This document shows positions 25,731-38,421 of a stretch of 64,000 nt of DNA, in pieces; position 1 is the first letter of the stretch; each line of letters starts with the position of its first letter. Origin of the DNA: Callorhinchus milii (Eukaryota); assembly GCF_018977255.1 (NCBI RefSeq), contig NW_024704743.1, positions 71,674,001 to 71,738,000 on the forward strand. Reading direction: 5' to 3'. The notes under the pieces were generated by a model, which had not been told where the DNA came from, made no database searches, and saw only the letters and a program-made list of their open reading frames with translations. A program made the position numbers and the translations under genes.

Positions 25731-26385
25731 CATACTGGAAAGGAACCAGATAGTGTTTGCTCTATTTGCTTTAGACCTGCCCACAACCATTATATTCCTG
25801 CTTCAGTTCCTTGCATATCTGTATTATATATCGATTGCCCCACATTATTTCCTCTTCCTTCTATAACATGAGAATATAGTGTACAGCCTTACTTAGGCTT
25901 ATGAGAAGGAAAACGAAACTCAATAATTATTTTGTGACTGAAAAGTCCAATCAAAATGTATCTTTACATATTGACAATATGTGAGCAAACAACACCTTCC
26001 TCTTCCCTCCCATGTTGGTAAATAGATTTGTTCAAATCCAATCATAGTGACTGATCTCCACCATTTTATCCTTTGCTGATCATCAAGGGCTTTCAGTCCG
26101 AATGCTCCTATTTCTGATGTACCTCAATCGGAATTGTGGTGAAAACAGAGAAAACATCAGCCTCTGACCAAACCATTCTGCTGAAGTCAGGGTTGGGAGA
26201 GAAAGGTTTCAAACTTGTGTATAGTTAAAGATAAGCTTGTTTCACACTTTCCAATGAGTTGATAATTATCGCCATCTAGAATTACCATCAGTGATAATTA
26301 GAACATTGAATGTCATACTATGTGTTCCAATTGTCTCCACAAAACTCACTACTGATGTACTTCACCATCGAGTGTCTTATTACAG

Positions 26386-26668
26386 CAACAACAAAAACAA
26401 CAAAATTACATTTGTACAGTGCCTTTCACGTCGGAAGGACCTCCTAAAGTGCTGACAGTCAGTGTTTTGGACCCAAGCTGGGGGTCGGGATCGGGGAGGG
26501 TGGAGAGCAGGGGGGTAAGGAGGGTGACCAAAAGCATTGTCGAAGAGGATGGTCTTGAGACAGGCCTTGAAGGAGATGAGGGAGGGGGCGAGGTGGAGGG
26601 ACTGCGGGATGGAGTTCCAGAGGGTGGGGGCAGAGAGACAGAAGGCCCACCCGCCAATGGTGGGCCCA
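26386..26668 (-). mobile_element. L2 subfamily B 3' fragment
   Basis: Matches the 3' part of the 7653 copy; (TTG)n tail. Confidence 0.9.
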
Positions 26669-26809
26669 CCCTGGCCATCGCTTGCTTATCCAAACCCTGC
26701 AATGCTTCCCTGAGATTGTGTCTCATTAATTGCCTCTTACCACATCTAGGTATAGGTTTCTTCAGTGCCTCCATTTACCTTCTTCTCAGCAACATAACAA
26801 TTGATTTCA

Positions 26810-27215
26810 TCAGCCTGGCTCAGTTGGTAGGATTCTCGCCTCTGACTCAGAATGTTTTGGATTCAAGCCCCAGGTTTGGAATTTGAACTCTCATAGGCTG
26901 ACTCTCAAATGCGGTGATGTGATGCGCTGAGGTCCTTTGAATGAGACATTCAATCGAGGTTCCGTCTGCCTGTTCAGGTGGACATTAAACATCCCATGGC
27001 ACTATTCAAAAAGAGAAGTGTTTTGTCCCAGTCAACAATCCCCTAAATAAAACTAGCCATTTCCTTTTGTGGCTGATTGTGGGACATTGCTGTGCATAAT
27101 TGGCTGTTGTGTTCACCTACAAATACACAGTCAATCCACTTCACAGTATTGAAGTATTCAAGCATTTTAAGTCAGCCTCCCAAAAGGAACAGGTGGAAAG
27201 GATTATTATTATTTT
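26810..27215 (+). mobile_element. Old full-length Deu-SINE
   Basis: AGCCTGGCTCAGTTGGTAG head, GGATTCAAGCCCC B box, GTCTGCCTGTTCAGGTGGAC...CCCATGGCACTATTC Deu core. Confidence 0.9.
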
Positions 27216-27262
27216 TATTGTCCTAAAAGGCAGTTACGCTTTGTTTCTGTAAAACATTTGAA

Positions 27263-27625
27263 TGGAGTCCCATAGCATAGTGGTTAATGCGCTCGCTTCA
27301 CAAACGAGGAGACCAGAGTTCGATTCCTGAGCGGTGCAAAACCTTAGGTAAGTTTTCTTACTCCACATGCCTCTGTTTACCTAGCAGTAAATTAGGAACC
27401 CATTTATTAGTCGATTGGTGGATTGGTTTTGGGGTTAAAAATCCCTCAAAAAAAAGTGGTCACTCAATCTACGAATGTTTGTGGGACACTGCTGTGCTTA
27501 ATTGGCTGCCGCGTTTTGCCCATAAAATTCACAATCAATTCACTTTACAATATATTCTGTGAAACGCTTTGAGAAGTTTCAACAATGTGGTCAGGTGTTA
27601 TATCAAATGCAGAATTATTACTGTT
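27263..27625 (+). mobile_element. Intermediate-age SINE (longer body than the young family)
   Basis: Same head as the young SINE plus extra GCCTCTGTTTACCTAGCAGTAAATTAGG...AGTCGATTGG segment. Confidence 0.9.
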
Positions 27626-27989
27626 ATTAATCTGTTAAAATGATTGAATCTTCCAAAATTGGAGAGAATGACCCTTGCTTATGCATTCGTCCTTTAGGAT
27701 GTATTTTGATCTTTCTTCTATGTTTCAGAATTGGCAGAAGAATCCTGTAAATTCTCTAGAGCTGAATGCAAATGCATATGTAATTATTTAAGTGAAAGCA
27801 TTGTTTATCTAGTGCAATATAAAATATAAAAAGAATAGTGCGTGGGGAGAAAGATTGGCAGTGACTCCGAAATTGATTATAAATTCCATCCATTATTTTC
27901 CATTGAAATTCCCCCTTTATCAATCTAAATGCATAAATCCAACTTTAAAAGCTACAGTAATCAAGAGTAAGATTGAATTATAACAAAGT

Positions 27990-28420
27990 AAGAGATGAAA
28001 CGATTTTGAAATGAAATAGCTCTATTTTAGAAAATCTGATCTTTTCTCCTATTAATGAATTGTTTCATATCTGAAGTGAGGAAGGGCTGCATTTCCCCAT
28101 TAAGCAATAAGTAAGCAGCATTCAGAGCTAAGCTTCTCTACTGTTATTGCTCAGTATGCGTATTAGCATTGATCACATTTTTCCTGATGTGTATTTGTGT
28201 GTGTAGAAAATCATTGCACATTCTATTTTTGTGCTGATGAATGCATTAATCAGATGCAGTGCCAACCACTTCATTCATCTTCATGGGCAATAACACTAGC
28301 TTGAACCTGGTCTTAATGTGTGTGCAAAAGATAAATAGATACATTGCAACTCTGATATATGGAGAGAAATTGGCACAGATTTATTCATTTGATAAAATGC
28401 AGAGGTTGGAGAGGATTTGG
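27990..28420. promoter_or_regulatory. Candidate conserved non-coding element
   Basis: TE-free complex AT-rich block with TAAT/ATGCAT motifs; conservation not tested. Confidence 0.25.
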
Positions 28421-29019
28421 ATGAAACAATCTAAGGTATGTGTTGAAAGTGGTATATAAAACCTAAATTATATCATTGAAATGTGAATTCTCCATATGAA
28501 ATGACTTAGCAAGTATTTTAAGGAAATTATTTCATTTGACACTGAACATAAAGAACTGCATTAGTTTCTTGTGTACTTATTTTAAGACTTCATTGATTTT
28601 CTCTTGGAGTTGTCTGCAGAGGAACACACACAATTTCTTGCTGTAGTAGGAATTGTTAGATGTCACGTCTCATTGGTTGGAGGTCCAATCAATCCCATCA
28701 TTTCCACTTATTAAAACTCTTCTCTCTAACTAGCGAGACGTGCTTGTCCAAAGGTTTCTGAATCAGATGTAGAAAATCTTTAAATGTCCCACTGACTTGC
28801 TCAGTTGTAGTCTGAATGTTAAAATGATCAGTCGCAATGCACTAAATACCGTGGTCCATTCAGGCAACCTGCTGCGTCTACATGTTCAAGAATGAACGTC
28901 AAAGATTTAGTAAAGAATTACAAAAAATGACTTTACTCTCGTACGTTGCTGGTGCCACTCTGTTTCTTGGCGAACCCAACTCGCTTGCTGTGCATCCTAC
29001 TGTGTCCACGCATTCTAAA

Positions 29020-29285
29020 ATGAACATTACAAAGAAATACAAAGACACTCGGCCCAAACAGTTATGCTCCACACGAGTCTCCACCCACTCCTAAGTCTCT
29101 CCCATACCCTTCTATTCCCGTCTCCCTCACGTGAAGGTCTAGCTTCCTCTTGAATGCATCTACACTATCTGATGCAACCACCATTTAGCGTATTGAATTC
29201 CACAATCTCACTACCCTCCTAAATTCTCACTATCTTATATTTGTGTCCTCTGGTTGTGGACTCTCAGGCCAGAGGAAACAGCCTA
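29020..29285 (-). mobile_element. CR1-like 3' fragment
   Basis: Antisense CR1 end: AGCTTCCTCTTGAATGCATC...GAATTCCACAATCTCACTACCCTC. Confidence 0.7.
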
Positions 29286-30455
29286 TTTATGTTAACAAAT
29301 TACAGTATTCAATGTGTGAAGGGAGAGAGGACGAACATCAATGATAACATTGTGTTTTGGTAATAGCAGAATTTCCAAGACTACATTGGTCTCATTCACA
29401 CCTGGAGACTTGACAGAGACGGAGAAGCAATCACCTTTCAAAAAATGCCTTTGTCTTTTCAGTTTTTTTCTTTGTGTGAATATAGTGGCTAAGACAATTG
29501 TATAAATTGTCACACTGGGTATAATCCAATACAATCCAAAGACAATACAAAATCACATTGATGTCAGGAGGACGTCCCGAGGTCCTGGATAGTCAGCTAT
29601 TCAGCCTATCGAGCCTGTCACCATAACAACATTCTGGACGTAACTCGCTCTGTTTACAAGGAAATTAGAAATTTGCAAGCTGTACCAGAGTTCTTTCCCT
29701 TTTATGACTGCCCATATTGCAATGAGTAAATAGGGTATGCTAGCAGTTTTGTATGGGTTATTATATTCCGTCCAGTTAGGTGGAAGATTATAGGTGGTAC
29801 GTGTAATAATGGCACAGCGAGAAGTTCAATCAAACACTATGAAATAAACCAATTATTATTGGCAAGTAGACCATCCGGAGTGGAATTCCTGCCAGTAAAA
29901 GTGACGTAATTCAGGGTAGTGGAGGACTCTCAATTTGCAGGTCTGAATTGCTATTAATGAATCCTGTTGATTGCTTCAATTTAAACCGAAAGTAGAATTA
30001 ACATATAGTACTTTGTGCTATCTAATGCCATCTACCAACTAAGTCTACAGCAATACCTAACAGGTAATGTTTGTTGCATGTTGAATGGTCAATATGCTGC
30101 CATGCCAAAATGTCAGCTCTCATTAAATCCAATGGAGCTGCTTTGAGACACATCAGGCCAACCTCATGATTTACTGAGAGGTCTGGAGGGAAGAAGAGAC
30201 ATGCAGTGTCATCTCAATGAGGATATATCTAGAGATGAGAAAAAAACAATTTGGTGCAAGTACTATATAGATTTGAAAATATTCCCTTCAGACTCATTTT
30301 CTTCTTCAAATCCTACTTACAGTGTGTGCTGAATGTAAATATAAAATTCTAGATCTTTTAAAGAGGATTGTCTTTATCACCAGGGAGTGAGAAGAAGCTG
30401 AGAGATTGGTATGTTTGTGTCACACACACACAGAGAGCAAAGTGATAATATTTGG

Positions 30456-31928
30456 CTACCGGCCCATCTCCAAACTCCCCTTCCTGTCCAAGGTCCTTGA
30501 AAGAGTTGTCGCCTCCCAGCTGCGCTCTTTCCTCTCCACCCATTCATTATTCGAACCCCTTCAGTTGGGTTTCCGTGCTGCCAACAGCACAGAAACCTCC
30601 CTGGTCAAGGTCACCAATGACATTCTGAACATCTGCGACCAGGGCTCCCTCTGCCTCCTCGACCTATCGGCAGCATTTGATACGGTCGACCACGCTATCC
30701 TCCTCCACCACTTATCCCCCCACCTCAACCTTCAAGGCCCTGTCCTTGAGTAGTTTAGGTCGTACCTCTCCCACCATCTTCATTTTGTTTCCACAAACGG
30801 CTTTTCCTCCAGCTCCCGCACTGTCTCGTGCGGTGTCCCTCAGGGCTCTGTCCTCGGTCCCCTCCTCTTCACCCTCTATATGCTCCCCCTTGGTGACATC
30901 ATCCGAGACATGGGGTTAACTGTGGAAACATGTATGCGAATGACACCCAACTCTACCTTTCCTCCTCTACCCTCAACTCCACGACCACCGATGTCCTGAC
31001 AGCCTACCTGTCCGACATCGAGTCCTGGACGAGAGACAACTTTCTTCAACTCAACGTGCGTAAAACTGAGGCCCTCCTCATTGGCTCACGTCAGCGCCTC
31101 CGCACCTCAGACGCTGACAGCATCAGCATCCAAAGCTGCACTCTCCACCTCTCAAAGCCATCAGGAACCTCGGGGTTCTGTTCGATCCTGGACTGTCCTT
31201 TCTTCCTCATATCCACGCCACAACTGGCACCGCCTTCCATCACCTCCGAAACATCGCCAGACTACGGCACTGCCTCACCCCTCACGCTGCTGAAACTCTG
31301 GTCCACGCCTTTATCACCTCAAGGCTGGACTATGGGAACTCTCTCCTCGCCGGCCTTCCCGGCACCTCCCTCCACAAGCTGCAGGTCATTCAGAACTCTG
31401 CAGCTCGTGTACTGTCCCGCACCAGGCTTCGCGATCACATCACTCCCACCCTCGCTCGCCTCCACTGGCTCCCCATCCCCCAGAGGATCGAATTCAAGAT
31501 CCTCATTGTCACCTACAAGGCCATTCACGGCCTCGCTCCCTCCTACCTCTCCGACCTACTATCCCCCTACCTACCTGCCCGTACCCTCCATTCCTCTGGC
31601 TCCGGTCTGCTCCACATCCCCCGCCCCAACCGCCCTACCATCGGTGGCCGGGCCTTCAGCCTCTCAGCCCCGAGGCTCTGGAACTCTATACCCCAGTGTC
31701 TTCACCGCCTCCTCCCTTTCCTCCTTCAAGGCCGGTCTCAAGACCTTTCTCTTTGACCGTGCCTTCAGCTCCCCTCTCGACTCTCTACCCCCTCCTCGCC
31801 CCCTCCCTTCACTCTGACCATTTCCCCCCTGTTCGGGTCCTGACCCAACTGTCCAGCGCCTTGAGACGTCCTCCCGACATGAAAGGCGCTCTATAAACGG
31901 AATCTTGTTGTTGTTGTCTTGTTGTTGT
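30456..31928 (+). mobile_element. L2 subfamily A, 5'-truncated, several disabling mutations
   Basis: [39 protein letters not shown]; stop at ~30751 and frameshifts; (TTG)n tail. Confidence 0.97.
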
Positions 31929-32040
31929 GCAACACAATAATGCTTTCGACATGATTTTCACCATTACATCATGAATTTGGAAACTCTGTCTGAAGAGAAT
32001 ATAATAATTTAGTTCGAAAAATTACATTGTATTTAGGTAT

Positions 32041-32845
32041 AACAACAACAACAAGATTACATTTGTATAGCGCCTTTCACGTCGGGAGGATGTCCCAAGG
32101 CACTGGACAGAGAACAGCAATTCAGACCTGAGCTGGGTCTGGGGAGGTGGAAGGAAGGGAAGGGGAAGGAGGGTGATCGATGGCATGGTCGAAGAGGAGG
32201 ATCTTGAAGCAGGACTTGAAGGAGGCTAAGGAGGGGGTGAGGCGGAGTGACTGGGGGATAGAATTCCAGAGGTTGGGGGCAGAGTGGCTGAAAGCTCTCC
32301 CGCCAATGGTGGGACGGGTGGTCGGGGGACATGGAGCAGGCCAGAGCCGGCTGAGCGGAGGGAACAGGTAGGTTGGTAGGGGGTTAGGAGGTCGCAGAGG
32401 TAGGGTGGGGCGAGGCCATGGAGGGCTTTGTATGTGAGGATCAGGATCTTGAACTGGATCCTCTGAAGGATAGGGAGTCAGTGAAGTCGGGTGAGAATGG
32501 GGAAGATGGGGTCACGGAGTTTGGTGCGGGAGAGGACACGGGCTGCAGAGTTCTGGATTATCTGCAGCCTGTGGAGGGAGGAGTTGGGAAGGCTGACAAG
32601 CAGGGCATGTGCATAGTCGAGCCTGGAGGTGATGAAGGCATGAACAAGAGTCTCAGCGGCCTGAGGGGTGAGGTAGTGGCGGAGTCGGGCGATGTTATGG
32701 AGGTGAGGGAAGGCAGAGTGGGTCTGAATGTGGGGGAGAAAAGACAATTGATAGTTGAGGGTCGAACAAGACACCGAGGTTCCTGACTGGCGGTGAGTTG
32801 TAGTGTGGAACCATGGAGGTTGATGCTGCCAGAGCCTGAGGTGCT
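32041..32845 (-). mobile_element. L2 LINE 3' fragment, tail-to-tail with the previous copy
   Basis: HLHNIARLRHYLTPQAAETLVHAFITSRLDY...QNSAARVLSRTK; L2 tail. Confidence 0.93.
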
Positions 32846-34339
32846 AAAGTAACCACCGTCAGTAAATGTACCGATCTTGGTTAGTGACTGGGTGGGTGAA
32901 TGGATTTGATTGTCCTCTAGTCAGCAACATTTATAACCTTGGCAGCTGAAGTTTATGGCTGGGTTTGTCAGTTTTAAATAAAAATCAGTAAATATTGCTG
33001 TTGGCTCTTTTTCCACAGTTCAATGCAAATGAATTCCCATTTGTAAATATTGTTTTTTTACTGATTGTTATTGATGTTTTTGACCACAGCTGGATTTCTG
33101 ATCAGGAAGTGACTATAGAGCACTGCTTATCCATAACACGCATGTGCACCGCAAAGGAAGTGATGTTTCTGACGATCCAATGACACCATAGTCAGCCATT
33201 TTTGTAGTCAAAGACATCAATTAAAATAAAAACATTAAAAAAAGTCTATTATGCATCAAAAATCATAAAAAGTAAAAAATTATAACTGGTAACCCTACTT
33301 ACCCGAAACTGGGGCTTCCCTATTTTGTGATTATACTGTCAATAATAATAATCCTTATATTTCATATTGCACCTTTTACGTCAGAAGAACGTCTCAAAGT
33401 GCTTCACAGGATTTACAGTAAAGTGAAGGGATTATGTATTTTGTAGGTGAATGCATTGTTGGTAAATGTACTGACCAACGAAAAGCAATGAAATCTGGTC
33501 CACTCAGTTAGTAGATTTACCAATAATGGGAGAGTTGTTTCCCACCTCTCCATAGCAAAACAAGGCAAAACCAAACTAATGTATCGTGCAGTGCTATAAC
33601 TCTAACATTGTTGGCACTCGGATGTTGAAGATCATATGTGGAGCCACCCAGTGTTAAATAATAACATTGACAACACAGGATAAACAGCAAAATAAATTCT
33701 TATACTTATGAAATGTGCATTTTTGATGCATGTAATATTGTCTGTCTGTTTGCCAAGAATGCACATTGCAGGATTATGGGGAAATGGCCGGGGAGTGGGA
33801 TTGACCTTACATTGCTCTTTTCAAAGAACCGGCACAGACTTGATGGGCTGAATGGCTCTTTTTGTGCTGTACAATTCTATGATTTCTATGTCACAGCCTA
33901 AGAAATTATGTGTCTATTTTGCCGAGTCAGGCTGCAGTGAAATAGCTTGGATTTACACATGCCATCAAAATACTGCATTATCAAATATAATTTGAAAGCT
34001 GTTGGATGTCACCATTTTGTTATCAATATCATTAGCACTCTTCAGTATAAAAACCTGGAGCCATAAATAGAGTATCATTTTGGTTGGAGATAATACAATA
34101 AAAAATCTTGCTGAATTGAATTCAAGTGATCCCTTTTTTCTACTGCACATAGTTATTCTACAAACTGTCAACAGTGATGTGCTGCACATCAGCAGACTAG
34201 ACCTAGCGTTTGTGTATTTTTAAATCAAAGCGACTTTTGGAAACACTTTCTTGAATGTTTCTGTGAAACTTGTGTGTGGGTCAAGAGGGTGGCATTCACA
34301 CTATTAACCTATTGGAGAGTATACAATATAAGATAGCTG

Positions 34340-34580
34340 GTACAGAGGAACTTCTTCATTCACTGGATGGTGAGAATATGGAACTCAGTGCTGGAAGCTG
34401 CTATTGATTCAAAAAACGTCAATGTTTTTTTAAAAGAAAACTGGATGCATTCAAGAGGGAGAAAGGAATAGAGGGGTATAGGAGATGAGATTAGGAGGGG
34501 ACGAGGCTTGTGTGGAGCATATATACAAGCAGAGACAAATTGGGCCGAATTACCTGTTTTCGTGTCAATTCCTTCCATGC
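34340..34580 (+). mobile_element. CR1-like 3' fragment
   Basis: GGAACTTCTTCATTCACTGGATGGTGAGAATATGGAACTC...GGGCCGAATTACCTGTTTTCGTG. Confidence 0.7.
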
Positions 34581-34589
34581 ATCTCTATT

Positions 34590-35052
34590 ATGGCTGACAC
34601 TCCAGTATAGTACTGGGGCAGCACTACATTGTCAAAGGTGCCTTCTTTCAAATGAGATATTAAATTGAGGTCCTCTCGAACTGTTTAAATGGCATTAAAG
34701 AACAGATAAGGTAAGCAGGATATCCTCAGAGTTGAACTGACAGGAAGAGAGTGTGAATTCCATTCTAAACGTGGAAATTTTTACATTTATGTGGAATGCA
34801 TGGGTTGATTACTCTTATGCATAGTGATGTGTTTCTGCAGGTGTCAGACACCCGACTGATCAAACAAAAGGTAAAGAGGAGGGAGTTTCTTCCAATGTCC
34901 CAGCTGAAAATCCCCCAGATAAATTACTTCATGCCTGTTTGTAGGACTTTGTTGTATACTTCCAAATACAATATCTATACTTGATAAGAATTCCATTTGA
35001 AGTGCTTTGAGGCATTATAACAAATATAAGTATTATTATTATTATTATTATT
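34590..35052 (+). mobile_element. Old Deu-SINE with a ~170-bp foreign insert (~34702-34874)
   Basis: GGCTGACACTCCAG...GGTGCCTTCTTTCAAATGAGATATTAAA, resuming GAGGGAGTTTCTTCCAATGTCC; (TTA)n tail. Confidence 0.7.
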
Positions 35053-35157
35053 GTCATGGGATGGAAATGGAAGACAAAACATTTCCCCCTAAAGTGGTTA
35101 AATAAAAACTTTAAGTCTGGGGGAAAAAAATGGAAATATTGTCTGGGTCATTTGTGA

Positions 35158-35345
35158 ATAATAATAATAAAAAATAATAATAATCCTTGCATTTGATATA
35201 GTGCTTATCACATCTTTGAGATGTCTCAAAGCGCTTCACAGAAGATACCGTAAAGTGAATTGATTGTATATTTTGTGGGCGAAACGCAGCAGACAATTGC
35301 GCACAGCAGTGTTCCACAAACAGTCGTTGATTGAGTGACCATTTA
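35158..35345 (-). mobile_element. SINE 3' half
   Basis: Reverse complement of the Deu remnant and tail. Confidence 0.9.
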
Positions 35346-35379
35346 ATTTATAAAAAATTGGGCTGATTTTGGAGCTGTT

Positions 35380-35660
35380 AAAAAGCGTGCAGGAATGTGT
35401 TGGTTATGTGTTTACAGCTTTTAAAGAGATAAATTTGGTTCTGCTTTGTACACATATAATGAGCTACTGTTGATTGATTTGTAGCAGTAAGTGCATTAAT
35501 GCACCACACAGTGTTAACACTGAACTCTGAAACACAGCATGTTTACCTGAAGCTGGTGATAAGCTAAATTGCCTCACTATGACATGGTTGCAATAATCAC
35601 AGCTGAAGCCATAAATTAGCAGGAATGAAATTTCTGCCTTATGATGCACGAGATAATGAT
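35380..35660. promoter_or_regulatory. Candidate conserved non-coding element with twin palindromes
   Basis: TE-free; TGTTTAC forkhead-type motifs, TGATTGAT, CCATAAA, two 14-bp perfect palindromes; conservation not tested. Confidence 0.35.
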
Positions 35661-36889
35661 AATGTCAACCAGAACTGATCAGGGAATATAAAGTGACTGT
35701 AATAAACAGAAAAGTAGAACAAGTTTCCCCAAACCTGAGGTGCTACAAATAGTAAAGGCGGCACAGTTCCTAAATCCTCTAACTTCAGCACCAGTTTAAA
35801 TCCTTCCAACCCACATTCAAACAGCGAAGGCCTGGAACCAGTTATTATTGTGATTCAAGATAAAACTGCACAAACAGAGCTCGGTGTATTTCTCACACAG
35901 TCATGAAGGTGACATGATGCATTACCTGATGTGGTCCCATTCTTTCTGCATATGATCTTTGATTTTGTTTTGTATAAATGATGTGATTCAATATCATTCA
36001 GGTGATTGAGGTTGACCTATTTTTATATCATAGTCTCTCATTAGCGATTCCAGTCATGTGAATTGGGCACAAGTAACTGCACACAGATGATGTGGGAGAT
36101 TCTACAACTCAGCTGGCGGTTGAATTGATGTGTATCTAAATCTCATGTCAAGACTAGCTTATCTTCTCCTAGCATAATGCAATATAGATTTTCTTCACCA
36201 TAGCCTTGACACCGTACTGTTCCTTGTTATTGTTTGGGTTGTGCAGCATGCTACATACCATAAATATTTTGTACCCTTTGGAAGTGGGCAGGGTCAGCAA
36301 TTACTGCCCATCCTTGGTTGCCCTGAGATATTAGTTGGTTGAGGGCTTTCTCCTTAAATTTCTGCAGTCTATCTGGCAATGGTGCTCCCACGATTTAAAG
36401 CTCCTTAGTTAATATGGCAAAGCTGCTTAATATAGCGAGATCCTGATACTTAAATCACGGCTTGGGAGCAGCAAACACATGTTCCTTAATTGTGATGCCC
36501 CATTGGATCTGGTTATACTTTTGCTCCATTGGAGTTTGAAGATTGTACAATTGGGTTTTAAGGCATCAACCCTCACAATACAGCCTTGTAGTTTATTTCC
36601 CTGTACAAACAAACCAGGCACTTCATGCTGGCTGAAGATGAAAGCGTTGTATTTTGACCCGTGATATTGTGCATTACTGCAGGGTGATTTCTGCACGCTA
36701 AAAATTTGCTGCATATTAAAGCAATGGACGCCGTTGGGGTTGGCAGCTGTAACACAATCAGATTAACTCATGGCATCTGCTTCTTCACATGGGTACAAAC
36801 AACCATACACAGAAGTCATCAGCAGATCAGTTTCTTGAACAAACCTGCAAGCTCACCTGAACAGTGCATCAGCCATCTGTTGAATGCAA

Positions 36890-37340
36890 ATAATAACAAT
36901 GCCTTTGTTTATTGTCCGTATAATATCCTCCCGAAGCCTGGACAGAGCCAATAGCAAAAATTAAAATGACTGACATGATATTCACACTGACTGAGGATTA
37001 GATTCATTGAGGAGCATGTGTGTATGTGTGTGGGAGGGGAGATGGGACGATGGTGAAGAGAGGGGAAAAGAATAACTGAGGAAGAGAGGTGTAAGGTGGC
37101 CAAAAATATGGTCAAAGAGATAGGTCTTCAATGGGGAGAACAAGAGGCAAGGCAGAGAGGCATCAGGATAGACTGATAGAGACTGTGGTCAGAATGGCTG
37201 AAGAGTGGTGGTGGAGCGGAATGGGCAGGGGATGTAGTGTTTTCAGAACAGAAGGAACAGTTGGATCCCAGGACATCTTAGAGTTAGGGGGTGGGGTAAG
37301 ACCATGGAAGCATTTGAAGGTGAGGACAAGAAGCTTGAAT
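36890..37340 (-). mobile_element. Very old L2 3' fragment
   Basis: Decayed antisense L2: AAATATGGTCAAAGAGATAGGTCTT...TTTGAAGGTGAGGACAAGAAGCTTGAATT. Confidence 0.55.
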
Positions 37341-38190
37341 TACACTACACTGCCACATAAAAATTCAGAATGCTCAGCATGACATCTGAAGATTGGATAT
37401 ATACCAAATTAATGGTTCAAGTGGTAGTGTTTGCTCACTGGCAATGATTTTTTAATGTGGTGTGAAAATTAGATTGTAATTTGTTGAGATGCATTAAGCC
37501 TACCCAAAGAGCCCTCAATATGTGCACTGACATATTCCACTAGGTACTAAAATCACTGAGACTCTAAATAGGAGTGCCTTAAACTCTGATGCTTAGTGAA
37601 CAGAGCAGCATTTGTTTAAAAACTGACGATGAATGTCTCATATGAATCTGTTTGCTATCTATTCACAATTCCACAAGTGTTCTACCTTTTTATTCAATAA
37701 GCCTCACAGATATAATGATGGACCAGACAACCTGTCTTACAGGTCTTGGAGGGGCAAACCAGTCACTGGGGACAAAGATTCTTCCCTCTTAGTTCCTGTT
37801 AACCCTGTAAGACAATGCCCAAATTGGGTTGGGTGGTCCCAGCTGGAGAAGCAGCTTCCTGCTTGTCAGACAGCGTTTGTAATGGCAAGCTGCACTGTTT
37901 TAGCTGGTTATTCTACAATATCCCAGCGAACACTTTGGGATGCCCAAGCCTTGACTCTTGCCTAATTTGCAATTTCTGGGATGATGTGATTAGGGTGCCT
38001 CACTCCAGGGAGACAGTGCACACTTGATTCCAGACAAATGGAAATTTCCACGCAGGTAGTTTATTTTGGATACTCTTAAGAATGATGATGGATTTCCGTG
38101 TATGCCAGACGCCCAACTGACCAAAAAATACATTTGAGAATTGAATTCGGTTGAAAGGATGTCGCTCAGAATCCAACTCAGAAATGACTC

Positions 38191-38421
38191 GCAAAACACT
38201 GCAGATGCTGGAAATCTGAAACAAAAACAGAAGTCACTGGGGACACTCAGCAGGTCAGGAACAATCTATGGAGAAAGGAAAATGAGTCAACATTTCGGGT
38301 CCACGACTCTTCGTCAGAATTGATGAAGGCTCGTGGACTCGAAACGTTGCTCACTTTGCTTTCTCCATAGATGCTGCCTGACCTGCCGAGTGTTTACAGT
38401 GACGTCTGTTTTTGTTTCAGA
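38191..38421. mobile_element. Penelope-like element remnant: inverted pair of terminal repeats with hammerhead-like cores
   Basis: Arms 38215-38317 and 38320-38421 are reverse complements; (C/T)TGA(C/T)GA-A-stem-GAAA motif on both strands. Confidence 0.75.
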
